Shown: positions 35,798-49,480 of the stretch, piece by piece
Layout of the letters: the number at the start of each line of letters is the position of its first letter
Numbering within the stretch: position 1 is the stretch's first letter
Made by a program: the position numbers and the translations under genes
Assembly (NCBI RefSeq): GCF_964355755.1
Contig: NC_092674.1
Span: 9,672,001 to 9,736,000 of the forward strand
Length of the DNA stretch: 64,000 bases
Reading direction: 5' to 3'
From: Antedon mediterranea
Taxonomy: Eukaryota > Animalia > Echinodermata
The notes under the pieces: generated by a model
What the model was told of the DNA's origin: nothing
The model's database searches: none
What the model saw: the letters and a program-made list of their open reading frames with translations, nothing else

Positions 35798-38382
35798 ACA
35801 TATAGAACATACAGAGTCAATTTTTTAAAATTTATTCAGTGATGTGGCTAATCATTTTACAGTAACAATGTTTCCCATTTTAATTTTATAGCTCCATGCT
35901 CATACCACCTCAACCATTCATTTCAGGATTTTTTAAAAAACTTTATGGGAAATTCCACGAAAGTACTATTGTATGTTTACACTCAAGTTAATACACAAGA
36001 CCCATTGTAACATCACTTACAGGTCATAAACATACACAATAACATTTGTTCAATTAATTATGGTTTTTAGGCACATTTCAATGGCTGTTTATTGTTTGTG
36101 TTTGAAATACTTTGAAACATAGATTATCTACATTTAATTTCTAAATACTCATCCTGGGTATAGTTATCCAAATGAATTCATTCAAGATCACATTAAAGTT
36201 TATGTAACTTTTTTTGCTACTATTTGCTAAATTTTGAAATTCTAAGCAAGACGCACACTTCAGTATTTATGTAGAGGGCGTGCAGTCTCGTTGTTTGAAT
36301 TTGCGTAGACTGACTTATCGCATTGCCTTTTAAAATTGTAAAGTCATCGCTCAGTCGAATATACATAGCACAACTTCAGCAAAGCGTACTGTAAGTACAA
36401 TATAATCATTCCACCACTTAATATATATATATACAGTAATAACATAATAATATTATAATCAATGAATATTCCGGTGTTATTTTACATTACTGAACTGTAT
36501 CATTAGGTTGAGCAAGTGTTCATTCATTGGCTATAGGGGTTACTGGTATTTAGTCAGTTCCGACTCCAGAGACGCCCGCCGGTCTTAGGCATCTAAAGAC
36601 AGGAGTCTCTGATCATGAAAGGATCATGTGTTTTCCAGTAAAACAGTAAAAAATTGCTAGGTTTATACTAATTACAAGAAAATATTAATAAGAGAACATA
36701 ATTCATTTATCAAGTATCAACCTATTTTGCTCCTAAAAGTGATGTCAGGCCTGCACCAAGCTTTTCATAGGATAGCTGGACAAAATAGAAGGCTAGCAGT
36801 CCCGTTGATTCTACATAGGAATACGGTACACGGCATGCCCTCCTTTGTTTAGTTTTGGTGTAGAATCGCCATCAATATATATGAACAGTGCAGTAATAAA
36901 TAGGCTTTTCATGACAAACTAGAACAGCACACTATATGATTGTTCAAAAAGATATATGTATTTTGTTTTTTATAGTTTGTCAGAAAATCACAGTTGTATT
37001 TAATACTGAATTCAGTTTTCCCCTTCCTGTTCACAAAATGGATATGATACCTAGACTAAGGCTTATGATGTTTCCAATTCTGTATGTGGTAAGTAAGATC
37101 AGATATTGAAAGAAACAATTAGTATTGGTGGGCAAAAAAGGAGAAGGTGTTGTGGGACACAGTGAGTGCTGTCCACTTGCTCTCAGGGCAACCAACCCAT
37201 AACGTTATGGTAAAATCCATTGACATTTCTACAAAATGTTATATAACATATGTGTGAGCCACTAAAATAGATGATTTTGCAACTATTTTTCCAATTTAAT
37301 ATGTATTTACAGAATATGTAGTTGATAGATCATGTATAGATAGAGTTTGTAGTAGAAATGCACATACCATGACCCTTTCAATTACAACTCATGACAATCT
37401 TTACAGTATATTCATTTATTCCACAGAAAGAAGCAATTTTAAATACTATTACTAACCTGAGAAATCGTCTATTTAATTTTTTTCAAAATGTTGCTGGTAA
37501 CAACAACGAAGAAGTAAGTCATTTTAATTAAATTATTTTTCTATGCATCCAAAAACGAGTAACTTGCCAAATACAGGATGGAACTATTTTATCTCATCAG
37601 TCTTTGTTTGAGGCTTGGTTAAAAGAGTTGTGAGTTAATACAACTCTGGCATTAGGATTGAACCTTGAACCTTGGGATTGGATGACAGACATGTTAACCA
37701 CTAAGCTACAGCTTGTGCATAGTATGCCTACATATTCGACTTTCAGCAGCCTCCTGCTTTAGCTCCTGGTTTAGCTCCTGGTTTAGGAAAAAAGCCCCTT
37801 TTTAGATTTTTTAGTTGTTCCCTTGAATGAACTGACAAGACAAAAATTTCGGGATTCAATTCTTATTGATTATTAGCTACAGTAGTATCTATTTTTCACC
37901 CTCATCTTATTTTAATTTGTTTGTGGATAGGACAGGAGACAATAATAAGGTTCAAGAAAGAGAGGTTCATCTACTTCGGGGTGGGTTAGGATCCTCAATC
38001 TACTCTCATAATCTTGGCCTTTTAAATACAGTAGAACAAATAAAACAATAACCAATATAAATTATATATTGAAAAAAAAACATTATTTAGTGATTTTTCT
38101 ATTTGTTTTAGGAAAAAATGAATGGGCTTACTATGGCATTGGCTGAGCTTAGCATTGAAGATATTTAAGCATGCAAATCCTCATCGGAAAGTGGAATGTT
38201 GTTGTTGAGAAGTTACAGTAATGTATTTTCTAATTTCACAATAAAAGTGATAAATTGCAAAAGTTGACAGTGTTTGTTCCATTGATTTAGTTGAGTGGCA
38301 CTGCTGTATTTTCTAATTTGGTGATCCAAATCTTTTTTTTTTCCATCATCAGTGTTATTCTTTAATTTTTCCGTGTGATTTA

Positions 38383-38495
38383 AAACAAGGCCAACAGCCA
38401 TAAGCGCGTGCTAAAACGCATAGTGATACCGGACCGACAGACAGACCGACCGACCGACATAGTGAACTATAGAGTCGCGTCCACGCGACTAAAAA
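38383..38495 (-). mobile_element. Short Helentron/DINE-like repeat
   Basis: (gacc/gaca)n, hairpin agtcgcgtccacgcgact next to an A-run; related to 9595-9724. Confidence 0.55.
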
Positions 38496-39178
38496 TACTA
38501 AACAGCCAATGCTGGCTATTGGAAACCTGTCTGTGAGTCATTTGAGGTCAAACAAAGTCTGTACAGATATTTTAATTGCATTATATGCAATATTGAGATG
38601 GTGTCGAGGGTCAAATGTCATACTTCAGGTCATTATTTAGTAAAATGTTTCACAAGGGCAAATATAAATATGTACATAAGCATGAGCTTTTTTTTTTTAT
38701 AGTCGTTCACAAAAACTATTTGTAACTTAGTCCTAACCTAACCTAAAGAACCGAAATTTTGCAACATATTTTGTTGATAACATCAGAACCGTGCAGTGTA
38801 ACTTGGGCTTGATTTTATGGAATTAAGATTATAAATTCAAAGAAACAAAACACAAATTTCATATCAATGCTTTCATAGCATTTATGCATGCACTTACAAA
38901 ATTACAAATGCTCAAAATAAATTTTTATTTAATTCACAAGACATTTCACGTAATTTAACATTTCAAATTACCTTACCCATTATTGTGATGAGTTGAAATT
39001 TAGAATCCTTGTACTGCATCATTCACCCACCAAAATGTTCCCTTAATAGGGGTGTTTCCTGAATAAAGGTGTCTAAAAGGAGGAGGGGGTTACTATGTAA
39101 CCTCTTATGTAATAGTTATTTCATTAAATAATTTAATATCTTTAAACCTATAATAAAATCAGGGGTTAAAAGCTGCTA

Positions 39179-42100
39179 TCACCTTTTTAATACAGAAATA
39201 AAAGCTTCTTTTGGAACGTCTATATTGCCAAGTTTTCTCATTCTTTTCTTGCCTTCAGCTTGCCTCTTTAATAGCTTCATCTTTCTTGAGATGTCACCGC
39301 CATACTATGGATACAAACGAGAGAACAAAACTGTTAAATAATAATAATAGTCAATGGTTCAGTACCAATGCTGCTTCTTTGGGCTCAATCTAACCATAGC
39401 CATAGTAGACACTACACTCATACAAGTATCGTGCATCTGGTGTGAGCATCATGCTTTTCGACCCACTTTCAAGCTCTCGCGCCACATGCCTATAACCTCG
39501 CGCTTTTCACAAATCTCTATCTTTATTTTATTTAACAAACATTTCTTACTAAAAACTTCAAAATTCTGTAGTTTATCATACTGTACCTCGAATCGCCAAT
39601 CCATGGCCACAACAAGCAAAGCAATTATAATGTATCAGGGTCATTTTGCCATGCCAAGACATTTCAATGCAGTTGGCCGGGACGTTTCGGTCCACTTACG
39701 GAGGAAGGGATGATGCTGTATCATAGCAATTGCCAATGACACAATGAAAGTACGGCTAAAATGATGAAATATACCTCCATTTTCTACATAGTTATTCCTT
39801 AATGTTATTATAATTGTCAAAGTGTTACTGCTATGTGCAATCCTATGATAATTGGATTTTCTAATGAACTAAAAGATAAGATCACAAAAGCACACCATAG
39901 CACTAAAATATAGGTTTGCATTGGAAGCTGTGTTTGTTCAATAAGTCACAATCTTCGAGGAGAATGAATCTGTCCCTGTTATTTCAACAATACATTCTAA
40001 AATATAATGAAACCTGTAATATACTACTTACACATTTAGCAAGGACGTTTTTTTTCAAGGGCCTTACGGTTTCCCTCGCTAAAACTTTGCTGCCGACTGT
40101 TGCTTGTATAGCGACCTCATACAGTTGTCGTGGTATCGTATCATACAATCTTGTACATATATGCTTGCCAACTTCACGTGCCTTATCGCGGTGTACCACC
40201 GTACTCAACTCTTCCACAACTTTTCCATTTAACAATATATTAAGTTTTACAAGATCTGCTGGTTCAAAGCCGTTATCCTCATAATCAAAACTAAGGCACA
40301 AAAAAAAAATTAATAATCTATAAAATCTTTATGAATTCATTTATTATTAATATTGTCCAAATTTGAAATAGATTAAACTGAAAAAAAAACCTACTACAAC
40401 CATTGTAATGGTTAAGCAATCTAAGGTCGAGGTTCAAACACAGCAGATTTTTAATGGAACTTGGAACAAAATGGAGGCTTATCGACCAACTTTGAAGAAA
40501 CTGAACAGAACTAAAAAAATTCAGTGTGTTTGTGTGAGCGTTTATCTCATGGTACTGATTGTAAAACTAATTCTGGTTATGCATTGTAATATATATGTTA
40601 TGCAGCGTCTTTCCCAAGTTGAAAGAAGAACCAGTGTACGTGAGCACTTATGAGTTTTCAGTTGCAATTTCAGTTCAGGGAAAGTAAAGTATGTTCAACA
40701 AAATGCAACTCAACAGCGCTTATGTCGACATTTGCAACTGTGCATTACTGTTAGTTGAATTAAGTCTCAGCTTGAGATTTGTCTCGACATATGCTCACCT
40801 TTAAAGATGTCTCTAGTCTACCTTACCTTGCATAACCTGATGAGATAGACTTCAGTCTATCAAAGAAGTCAATGATGACTTCATTGAGTGGAAGTCTGTA
40901 CTTCAACAACACCCTCTTCTGATCAATGTATGTATGTTCAACATGCTCACAGCGTTTCTCCTGCAGCAAAAAAAAAATCAGTACACACATTATTTGACTA
41001 GATACAAATACTGTAAGGATATCTTTTTAACTACTCTATTGAATTTTATTGTTTTTATATTTTTACAAAAATGTATGTATAATACATATATATTTGTAAA
41101 AGGTACCATATAAACAGAATGAATAAATGTGGGTGACCCCCACAAAAGAGAAAAAAAGGATAACTTAATAAAATTAACATGTTATAAATGATTATAAATG
41201 ATTAGAGATGATATTGTATCCTTGGTTGTGCAGCGGTGGCGCCAGTTTTCCCCTGACAGGAGAGGGGGATGAGAACGCTTGATTGCCCCTAAGGGGATCC
41301 ATATGCGTGATGGAAAGTAACATTGATTTGTCAGGACATTGTAGCTTAGTGGTTTAGATGCTCGGCTAACAATCCCAGGGTCCTGGGTTTAAGTCCTGTC
41401 AGATGCCAGATTTTTTTTTTCATGACATGACTTGTAAGAAGACATTTTTTGTGTAGTGCATCTTGTATATTTGTTTTACATGTGACAGGTGGTTGGGGTG
41501 CTTAACAACTTCATTTAACTCATACTTACAATGCAAAGGTTAATGACCTTTCCAATGTATTCATCTGGTGTAATAATTGTAGCCATTATCATTGGTTCTA
41601 GGTATCTCTCCACTCTGGCTATATCTGGGAACTAAAAATACATGTAAATAGAGAACAGCACACATTTCGCAAGTATTCTCAAATGTACTTGGTATAAAGG
41701 GCAAAACAAACCAATTACTTAACTCCCTGACGCAAAGCTACTACTACTCTACTACTACAATTACAACCATGTTGGTGCAGTACCTGCTGCTTACTTGGGC
41801 TCGAATTTAAGCACTAGTCATCAGCGCAAACTCGTGGTATGAAAGTATGAACACCAGGCTATTGATCTGGAGGTTGTGGGTTTGAGTCCGTCCCGAGAAT
41901 TACTCGGATTCTCTCAAGTTTATTTTAAATATAATATTGGCAAGGGTTCAAGGCTTACTCGCTCCATGGTTCTGGTGGTAAAACTTGTCTTCTCGGATAA
42001 GGACTATAAACCGTAGGTCCAGTGTACACATCTGGCTCATGTGTACTTTAAAGAACCTAGTACATCTTTCGAGACAAGTAGGGGGTTACTCCGGTGTACT

Positions 42101-45100
42101 AGATCACACACAACAGCCACTGTCACAAAGTCATCATATACACTGGGTCCTCTGGAAAAACTGAAGACTGAAGAGGCTACCCAGTATAAAGAATAAATAA
42201 TAACAATAAATAAAATTTTTATATTTGTACATTTCTTAAATTCCGTATTTATTATGTAATTACCAAAGCTGGGTTGTTGATCGTGATTTCATCTGTGTCT
42301 CCATAGTCTTGTTTGTTCAGTTTTGTTTCCTTCAAGACAGCCTTGTACGGTACACTAGGTGATGTGACGATGACATTAGCATTATACTCTTGCTCCAAGC
42401 GTTGATTGAATACATCCATGTGTAAAAGGCCTAAGAAGCCTAGACGCCATCCTTGACCTAACGCAGGACTAAAAATAACATACAAAACATTAGTTATTTT
42501 GATGAAGTATGGTTAAATGATTAATATAAAAAATTGTAAAATAGTATTTAAAGTCATACTGATGAATGTTCAGTTGAAACAATCAAAATTTACATTCCAT
42601 ACACCAGTTTGCATACTGGCTTGAAATTTTACTTTCTTCACCCACCTCTTTTTCACAGCTCTTCAAGAATTTTGTTTGTGCTTTATAAATTTAAAACTAA
42701 TAACCATACATACAACCAAAGTATACATATTAGAATTAGTAATCTGCAATTTTTCCTGTAATACTAATGGTTTCCCATGAAATAGTGCACAGTATATGTC
42801 AGAAGTTTATATGTCATCTGACCACATGAGGACAGGCATGCTCGGTTACAGTTTCATAATGCAAAAATCATGTATTGCTTCATTCCTGCTATATATTCTG
42901 TTACAACTAATTTATCATTGAGATGGTGAAGCAAACTTAGCCTTACTCACTTGGACTCTTGTGTGAATGCATACCATGGCATTCAATGTGTAAGCAGCAT
43001 TAAGGAATTTTTAAATACAGTTAAATCTTTTGCTAAACACTTACCTACTATCTATGCTAACTGAAACGCTACTGTCATTCAATGTCAGACGATCTATTGC
43101 ACTTCTAAGAGACACATACTCTGATTGGTCAATGGGATACATGCCTGCAAAAACCTACAGAAATTGAAAGAAACATAATTTTCTAGTAATCATAACCAGA
43201 AAGTGAAAGTCACTCCCTGGGGGCCAAATACTGTACCGTACAACCCTACTAGGTTTTTTAGATATGAAAATTTAATTTTTTCATTTAGTTATTTGTTTTT
43301 AATTTCTGTGATGATAAAAAAAATGAATCAAAACAGCTTGTCTCACCTTTTTTTGTTTTATCTTATTTATTTATTTGACCAACAAATAATTATGTTACAA
43401 AATAATGTGATACTTTTATCAAATATTTTTTTAAGTATAAAGCTGTCTACACTATCAAACTAGTTTGACAAAAAGTGTAATGTGTCCAAATATGATAGAG
43501 ATATGATGTCATCAAGTCCATATATGGGAACATCACATTATTTTGTTACATAAAGTTTGATAGTGTAGGCAGAGCTTTATCATGGTTTGATGATAAATGA
43601 CATACCATAGGTTTAGCAGCTTTGAAGCCAGGCATAGGCTCTGTAGGTTGGCCTGGATGGTGGAAGGTGTCACCTATATTGGCTTCTTTGATGTTGTACA
43701 TTCCAGCTATAACATAGCCTACTTGACCAGAATATCTTATTTGATAAAAAGATGGATATAAGTGCCAGGATGTAGAGATAGAAATGTTGCAGTACATTCC
43801 TCCTCCTCTCAAAGTAGGTGTTATTATGTTAAGAGGTCCAGGGCACATGGATGGAAAACTGCTAAGGCAATACTGCAGTATGATGTCTCAAGAGTATAAA
43901 TAAATTCCTTTTACTTTCCCCTTAAATTATGAGTTGATCATGATTTGACTAATCAGGTTAGTAGCTTAGTTCTACTACCAATTGACAAGTAGTTTCAGTA
44001 CTATAGTAGTGTAATAACATAGTGTTCAGTTGGGTCCACCCAAACCTAGGTCTTGGGTCTCTAATTGGAGATAGCAGTTAATGGTAGGAGATAGGCGATC
44101 ATCCAGGGTAGCAGTATAGTGGTCTTTAATTGGAGGGAGTCTTTAATTAGAGGGGTCTTTAATTGGAGCGAGTCTATAATTGGAGGGGGTCTTTAATTGG
44201 AGCGAGTCCTTAATTGGAGGGGTCTTTAATTGGGGCGAGTCCTTAATTGGAGGGGTCTTTAATTGGAGGGGGTCTTTAATTGGAGGGGGTCTTTAATTGG
44301 AGGGGTCCTTAATTGGAGGGGTCTTTAATTGGGGCGAGTCCTTAATTGGAGGGGTCTTTAATTGGAGGGGTCTTTAATTGGGGCGAGTCCTTAAACAGAG
44401 GGGTCGTTTATTGGAGGGGTCTTTAATCGGAGCGAGTCCTTAACTAAGGGGTCTTTAATTGGAGCGAGTCCTTAATTGAAGGGGTCTTTAATTGTAAGGA
44501 GATTAGTAATTTGGTTAGAACAGTAAAGTAGTCCAACAAAAAAAATGACAAAAAGAAAAAAAATCTAACTCAGTTAACGTACAGTTGGCCAGTAGGAACT
44601 CTATCTGGATACATAATGCCAACTTCACTGACATCAAAGGTCTTTCCTGAGAATGCTGAAGTCATTTTATCTCCTTTGCTGATACTGCCATCAATGATGG
44701 CAACGTTCGTTATTGCTCCTCTGTACTGATCATAGGTTGAGTCAAACAAAAATGCTTTGAGTGGTTTTGTTGGTGAACTTACAGGCCTGTGAAATTCAAA
44801 AAGAGGACTAAGGATTTAACACAATTGTCATTTAGGTGCAACAACATCCTGAGTTCAAATCTGTTATAGAGTTAATGGTCGTTAAAGGCCTTTCCGGTTT
44901 TTAAAGGTACTGTAATATTTTCCTTTTCCCAAATAAGTACAGATTCAAGATTCAAGGTTCAAGATTCAAGAAATTTTATTTGTCCATAAAAATGGAAATT
45001 CACTTTGCTTGGTAGATTAAAACAACAATATTGCAACAATTTAAAAACGTGCAGTATAATAACAGATTAAAAATACAAGATAAAAAGTTAAAAATACTGT

Positions 45101-48100
45101 TAAAAATGTAAAACTATTAAAAATTGCATTAACGTCTTACATTAGAATTAAAAATATGAATGCTATTTACAACGAAGGATTTTCTAGTTCTACAAAGATT
45201 TGATCTTGGAGGTCGTAGCCTAATGCCTGATCTATTTAAGTTATAACAGTAATGTAACGGATGAGTGGGGTCTTTCATAATATTGTTTACTTTTTTTAGA
45301 ATACTCTTTTCATAGATAAATGAACAAGGCGTTAGATCAGCTTTAATAATACGTTGTGCAATTTTACGTGGTCTCTCAATATTTTTCTTATCATTTTCAG
45401 TAAAGTTACCATAAAAACATCCAATGCTAAAAGATAAAATACTTTGAATAATACTTTGATAAAATAGAATTAAAATAGTGTTATCAACTCTAATTTGCTT
45501 GAGTTTTCTGAGAAAGTAAAGCCTTTGAGATGCCTTCTTGGAAATCATGAGAGAGTTTGACTCCCATTTTAATTTGTTGTCAATACAGTAAAAATTCATC
45601 CTTTGGGACACTCCTGTACAAGGCACACCAATAATCAGGGGACACTTTCCTGTGAAATAAACTACGGGCAACACCGTATAAGTTTTATCGCCATAGCCAA
45701 CCCTATATCATTTGGACGCATCTTCAGTATTTAATTTGATTGGGTTTTATAAGTTGGTGGTTAACATGCTTTACTTTATGAATCCACAAGTAAAATCTTA
45801 TAGAATTACAATAATGGATTTATTTACCCATGCTTTTATAGATATAGAACCCTATGAAGGGACACCTTTGAGACCCAAAAGTGTCCCTTAATAGGTGTTT
45901 CCTGAATAGGGGTTGATTGTAGTGTTAAAACACATATTTCCTCTCGTTCATGTCATGGGAAAGTTTCCCCTTTATAGGAACGTCTCAAAGGAGAGGTTCT
46001 ACTGTATATTCATCCAGCTGTTCTCTCAGACTTAACACAAGGGTAGGCTACCGAGGACAAAAAAACTTACGGTGGTACTTTAAGAATAATAGACTCAAAT
46101 ACATCTTGAATGCCAACTCCTGTCTTTGCTGATATTCTTAGACACTCTTCTTCCTTCAGATCAAATAGGTTCTCTAGTTGGCTGGCAACTCCATCTGGAT
46201 CTGCATTCTTTAAATCTATCTTTGAATAAAAAAAAAAAAAAATCCAATTAACTGCAGTTTTAGTGTGAATACATTTTTCAAAACCGCAATTTATACTACG
46301 GTCAACCAAGGAAAACTAACAATGGGACACTCCCTTTGTCAAGATCGGAACTCGTAACGGTCCTAATACAGATATTATGTCTGGCTGCGACAAATACCAA
46401 ACTGTACTATGTACATATTCTCTGTGTCGTGTTCTGTTGTTAGACTCCCTTGGGTCAACTATCCTAATACCTAAGACTCTCTGAAAACCAGACTTTCTTT
46501 GAGGTCCAAAAGGTTCTCTTTTACCATCAAAAACACATTCTGAATACATGAATTTCCAGAAGACTGGATAGGAGCAATTCCAAAGGTTTGATATTTTTGG
46601 GTATGCATCCAGGACCCCTTAATAATATGGGTGTCCAGTGAATAGGAGTTTGGCAGTAGTGTTAAAACATATATTTCCCTTGCTCGCATGAACAAGGGAA
46701 AATATGTTAAAAGGAGGACAATCTACTGCCTTCTGTCTTTCTTACCTTATTTAAAACAGGTATAATAGATAATTCAGACTCAAATGCCAAATAGAAGTTA
46801 GCCACAGTTTGTGCCTGAACTCCTTGGTTTGCATCAACCAATAGCAGCACACCTTGACAAGCTGCCAGCGACCTAGATACCTCATAATTAAAATCTACAT
46901 GACCCTGTGAAATATAAACATAACATACTATAAGGCACTAAGTGGCAATATTTCACTGTCATATTATGTAACATAACTACCTTATAATCGTGGCCAGTAG
47001 GCTGGGCATTTGATTAGGCTGGGGACTTGATTAGGCTGGGGACTCGTCTAGGCTGGGCCATGCGACTAGGCTGGGCCACATGACTAGGCTGGGCCACGCG
47101 ACTAGGCTGGGCCACATGACTAGGCTGGCCCATGCGACTACGCTAAATCTTGGTTCTCGCTAGAAAAATCCTGCCGCAACATAACAGAACAACAAAATGT
47201 AAGAAAATACTCTTCTATCAATTTTGCAATGCATCTTATAAAAAGTTAAATCATCACTGTTGCAACGTACACATATGGAGCAGAAAAGGTGGTTATGTCG
47301 TTGGTTCGCACTTGTGACACGAAAGGTTATGTTCTTATGGCACTTTGCCTTGAAATGTTGCATCTACAGTACATCCTTGGCTTGCGTCCTACTACAGGTA
47401 GTAAGAACCAAGCTTAAATGTTAAATACTTACCGGTGTATCTATAAGGTTAAGTAAATATTTGGTTCCCTTGTAAGTATAAAATAATGACGATGTCTGGG
47501 CCTTCACTGTGATACCTCTCTCACGTTCTACTTGAAGTGTATCTAGTACTTGTTGATTGTCACCTTTTTTAGAAATCACACCTTAAAAACATAATCAACA
47601 AAGGTCTTATAATTATTATTCTCACACAGTAGTATAAAAACCTGCAACCAGACAAAGATTCAGAAACAATGTTTTATACCAAGGCACAATCTAACAACAG
47701 GATGCTGAGCTCCAGAGATCAAAGGGTTTATCTGTGGCTGCGACTCGCGAAAATTTTCAATCTTCATTTAGAAAATGTCGTCTGCTAACACTGAGAGAGC
47801 TTGACTTTTTATAATATATCATCATAGACCAAAACAGCTATGGACATGATCAGTCCCACGCCCCTTAAAAGACACCGCGTAGATACTACAGTGCTGTTGG
47901 TATTTGTCACAGCCAGACATAAGATTAAAGGACTGTTACAAGTTCCTATCTTGGCAAGGCAAGCTCAGTGTCCTGTTGTTAGATTGTCTTGGTTATAAGA
48001 GAGGCTCATAGATTTTAAAAGTATCGTATTTAATTGAATAAACACCGTTTCCTCGAATAAACAAACCTTAAATCCCTCTCGAACAATAAATGCCCCGGGA

Positions 48101-49161
48101 ATTTATTTTAATATATACATTTTAATTTGTGGCACAAATTTTTCCTACTGCATGCATCCATACACATTAGGAACCAAAATGACCGGAATTGTACTGAGGT
48201 TTGCTCTTTTCTAGTTTAAATAATATAAAATGAATCAATTAAAATATAATATGACAATGATCCCATAGAATAGCATTTCAAGACCTTATGTTATTTAAAA
48301 TATCATAACTCCAGAATGTGGGGGTCATATCAGAAAAACGTTATACTGAATCGAATATACAACTTCACCTGCTATTTCTAACAGTCTGTCAGCTAGCGTG
48401 CTTTTGCCATGATCGACATGTGCTATGATGCTAAAATTACGAATATTTTCAACTGGAAATTCTCCCATATCCACATAAACTTTCTGCAAATAAAAATGAT
48501 TTGAAGTTTAAACATATATTTTTTTTTTATAAATTTGTAAGGCTACAGTATTAAAATTACTCTCACCTGCTATTATTTATATTCGTCAATGCGAAAACAT
48601 AGGGAAATTGCTAGCGGCATTGTCAACCGTAAGTATATGTGTATTATTTTACATGGTTGATGGGCGTACCTCTAGCTAGGCCTAGGGCCTAGTTCCTTTT
48701 TTTTGGGCCACCCATCCTATTATATACTAGCCTACAGTTGACAGTTATATCAAGAAGTAAGCCAAGCTAGTTACCCTACTAATAGGCCTAGTTTCTTGTA
48801 TTTGTAAGTAGGCTAGGTAGGGCAGCTAGCTATTTCTAGTACGTACTAGGGCCTACCTACAGACTACTGAGTATCATCATCCCGGACCCTGCAAACACAT
48901 TTATTAAAATAAATATTAACAAATTATGTATAACTATATGGAAGTATAAAATAAATAATGGCCTTCTAATTACTGTACCTTTTCTTGTGAATGTAACTTG
49001 CTGCATGTAAAATAATTTCTAGATCTCTGAAAATTCCTAGGCTCAAGATTTATCCCATGACAGCAGTAAAGCCACGGGAAACCAGCATGTTTCCCGTGCG
49101 ACAAATGTTTGGTAAATCGGGCACATGCAAAAATTGCTTTTACTGAGAACATTTCTACCAT
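39179..49161 (-). CDS. GUF1: Translation factor GUF1 (mitochondrial LepA/EF4), 13 exons
   Basis: Exons (high-low): 49161-48979, 48483-48369, 47581-47433, 46904-46746, 46219-46071, 44786-44583, 43735-43606, 43154-43045, 42468-42264, 41631-41530, 40960-40827, 40290-40032, 39304-39179. Motifs [75 protein letters not shown]. Start could be 49161 or 49152. Confidence 0.95.
41338..41425 (+). repeat. tRNA-derived repeat head
   Basis: A-box tagcttagtgg and B-box-like ggtttaagtcc; relative at ~55665-55750. No intact cloverleaf. Confidence 0.5.
41850..42210 (+). mobile_element. tRNA-derived SINE with Deu/Nin-like central domain
   Basis: B-box-like gggtttgagtcc, body gtcttctcggataaggactataaaccgtaggtcc...aaagaacc...gggggttactccggtgt, (AAT)n/A-rich tail. 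Confidence 0.7.
43441..43576. mobile_element. MITE family A
   Basis: agctgtctacactatcaaact ... agtttgatagtgtaggcagagct. Confidence 0.75.
44120..44495. repeat. 16-17-bp minisatellite in GUF1 intron 6
   Basis: ttaattggaggggtct and ttaattgg(a/g)gcgagtcc variants, >20 units. Confidence 0.9.
44941..45585 (-). mobile_element. 5'-truncated LINE (Rex1/Babar- or L2-like) 3' end
   Basis: Open frame DNKLKW...[14 protein letters not shown]...[19 protein letters not shown]...DPTHPLH...SG.RLR...RKSF; AATAAA then (TTGAATC)n tail at 44941-44970. Confidence 0.8.
45586..46004. mobile_element. Tc1/mariner-pogo-type MITE (family C)
   Basis: TA|CAGTA...TACTG|TA with internal gggacac/gtgtccc repeats; fragments at ~20080-20200, 21330-21450, 24545-24680, 46600-46730, 54531-54560, 55860-55930, 56335-56480. 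Confidence 0.65.
46997..47143. repeat. 18-bp minisatellite
   Basis: gactaggctgggccac(a/g)(t/c) x ~8. Confidence 0.88.
47680..47991. mobile_element. P-superfamily-like MITE (family D)
   Basis: CAAGGC.CAATCTAACAACAGGA ... TCCTGTTGTTAGATTGTCTTG TIRs; second copy 58432-58631. Confidence 0.7.
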
Positions 49162-49450
49162 CACACCTTTTGTAAGGGTAAATATATTGTCATATTTCAA
49201 TAAAATAACTTGCAGTTACGACACTGGTACATAAATATATGTTAATAATGACGATTTTATGTGTTGTTTTCATCGCTAGGCCTACATGTATCCCCACATG
49301 TATTTTTTCGATATACAGAGTACCAAAGAATATCACAAGAATGAGTATTCCACGATTTTTGCATGAGAAATTTGTAACAGAGAGCTCCAGTGAGTGATGC
49401 CCGCCCTCATAAGGGCGGATGTATACATACTAAATAAGACTTGATTTAAT

Positions 49451-49480
49451 CAGGGAAGAGTTAAATTTAACTCTTCCCTG
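49451..49480. mobile_element. 30-bp perfect palindrome with 7-bp duplication (putative P-superfamily footprint)
   Basis: ATTTAAT|cagggaagagttaaa tttaactcttccctg|ATTTAAT. Confidence 0.7.

Noticed and set aside
39360-39760. GC-richer segment in the GUF1 last intron as a snoRNA or SECIS
   Set aside because: Could not identify paired C/D or H/ACA boxes or a SECIS core; more likely a repeat fragment.
39916-40284. Plus-strand 122-aa ORF and similar antisense ORFs over AIFM1, NAXD and AMDHD2 exons
   Set aside because: Shadows of real exons on the opposite strand.
41338-41410. Functional tRNA gene (also 10294-10360, ~37650-37710, ~55665-55740)
   Set aside because: A/B boxes present but stems are broken; repeat-derived.
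42560-42580. CTGATGA...GAAAC hammerhead core
   Set aside because: No convincing stem II or stem I pairing.
45129-45674. 181-aa ORF as a nested host gene
   Set aside because: Chimera of a MITE end and a 5'-truncated LINE ORF2 tail.
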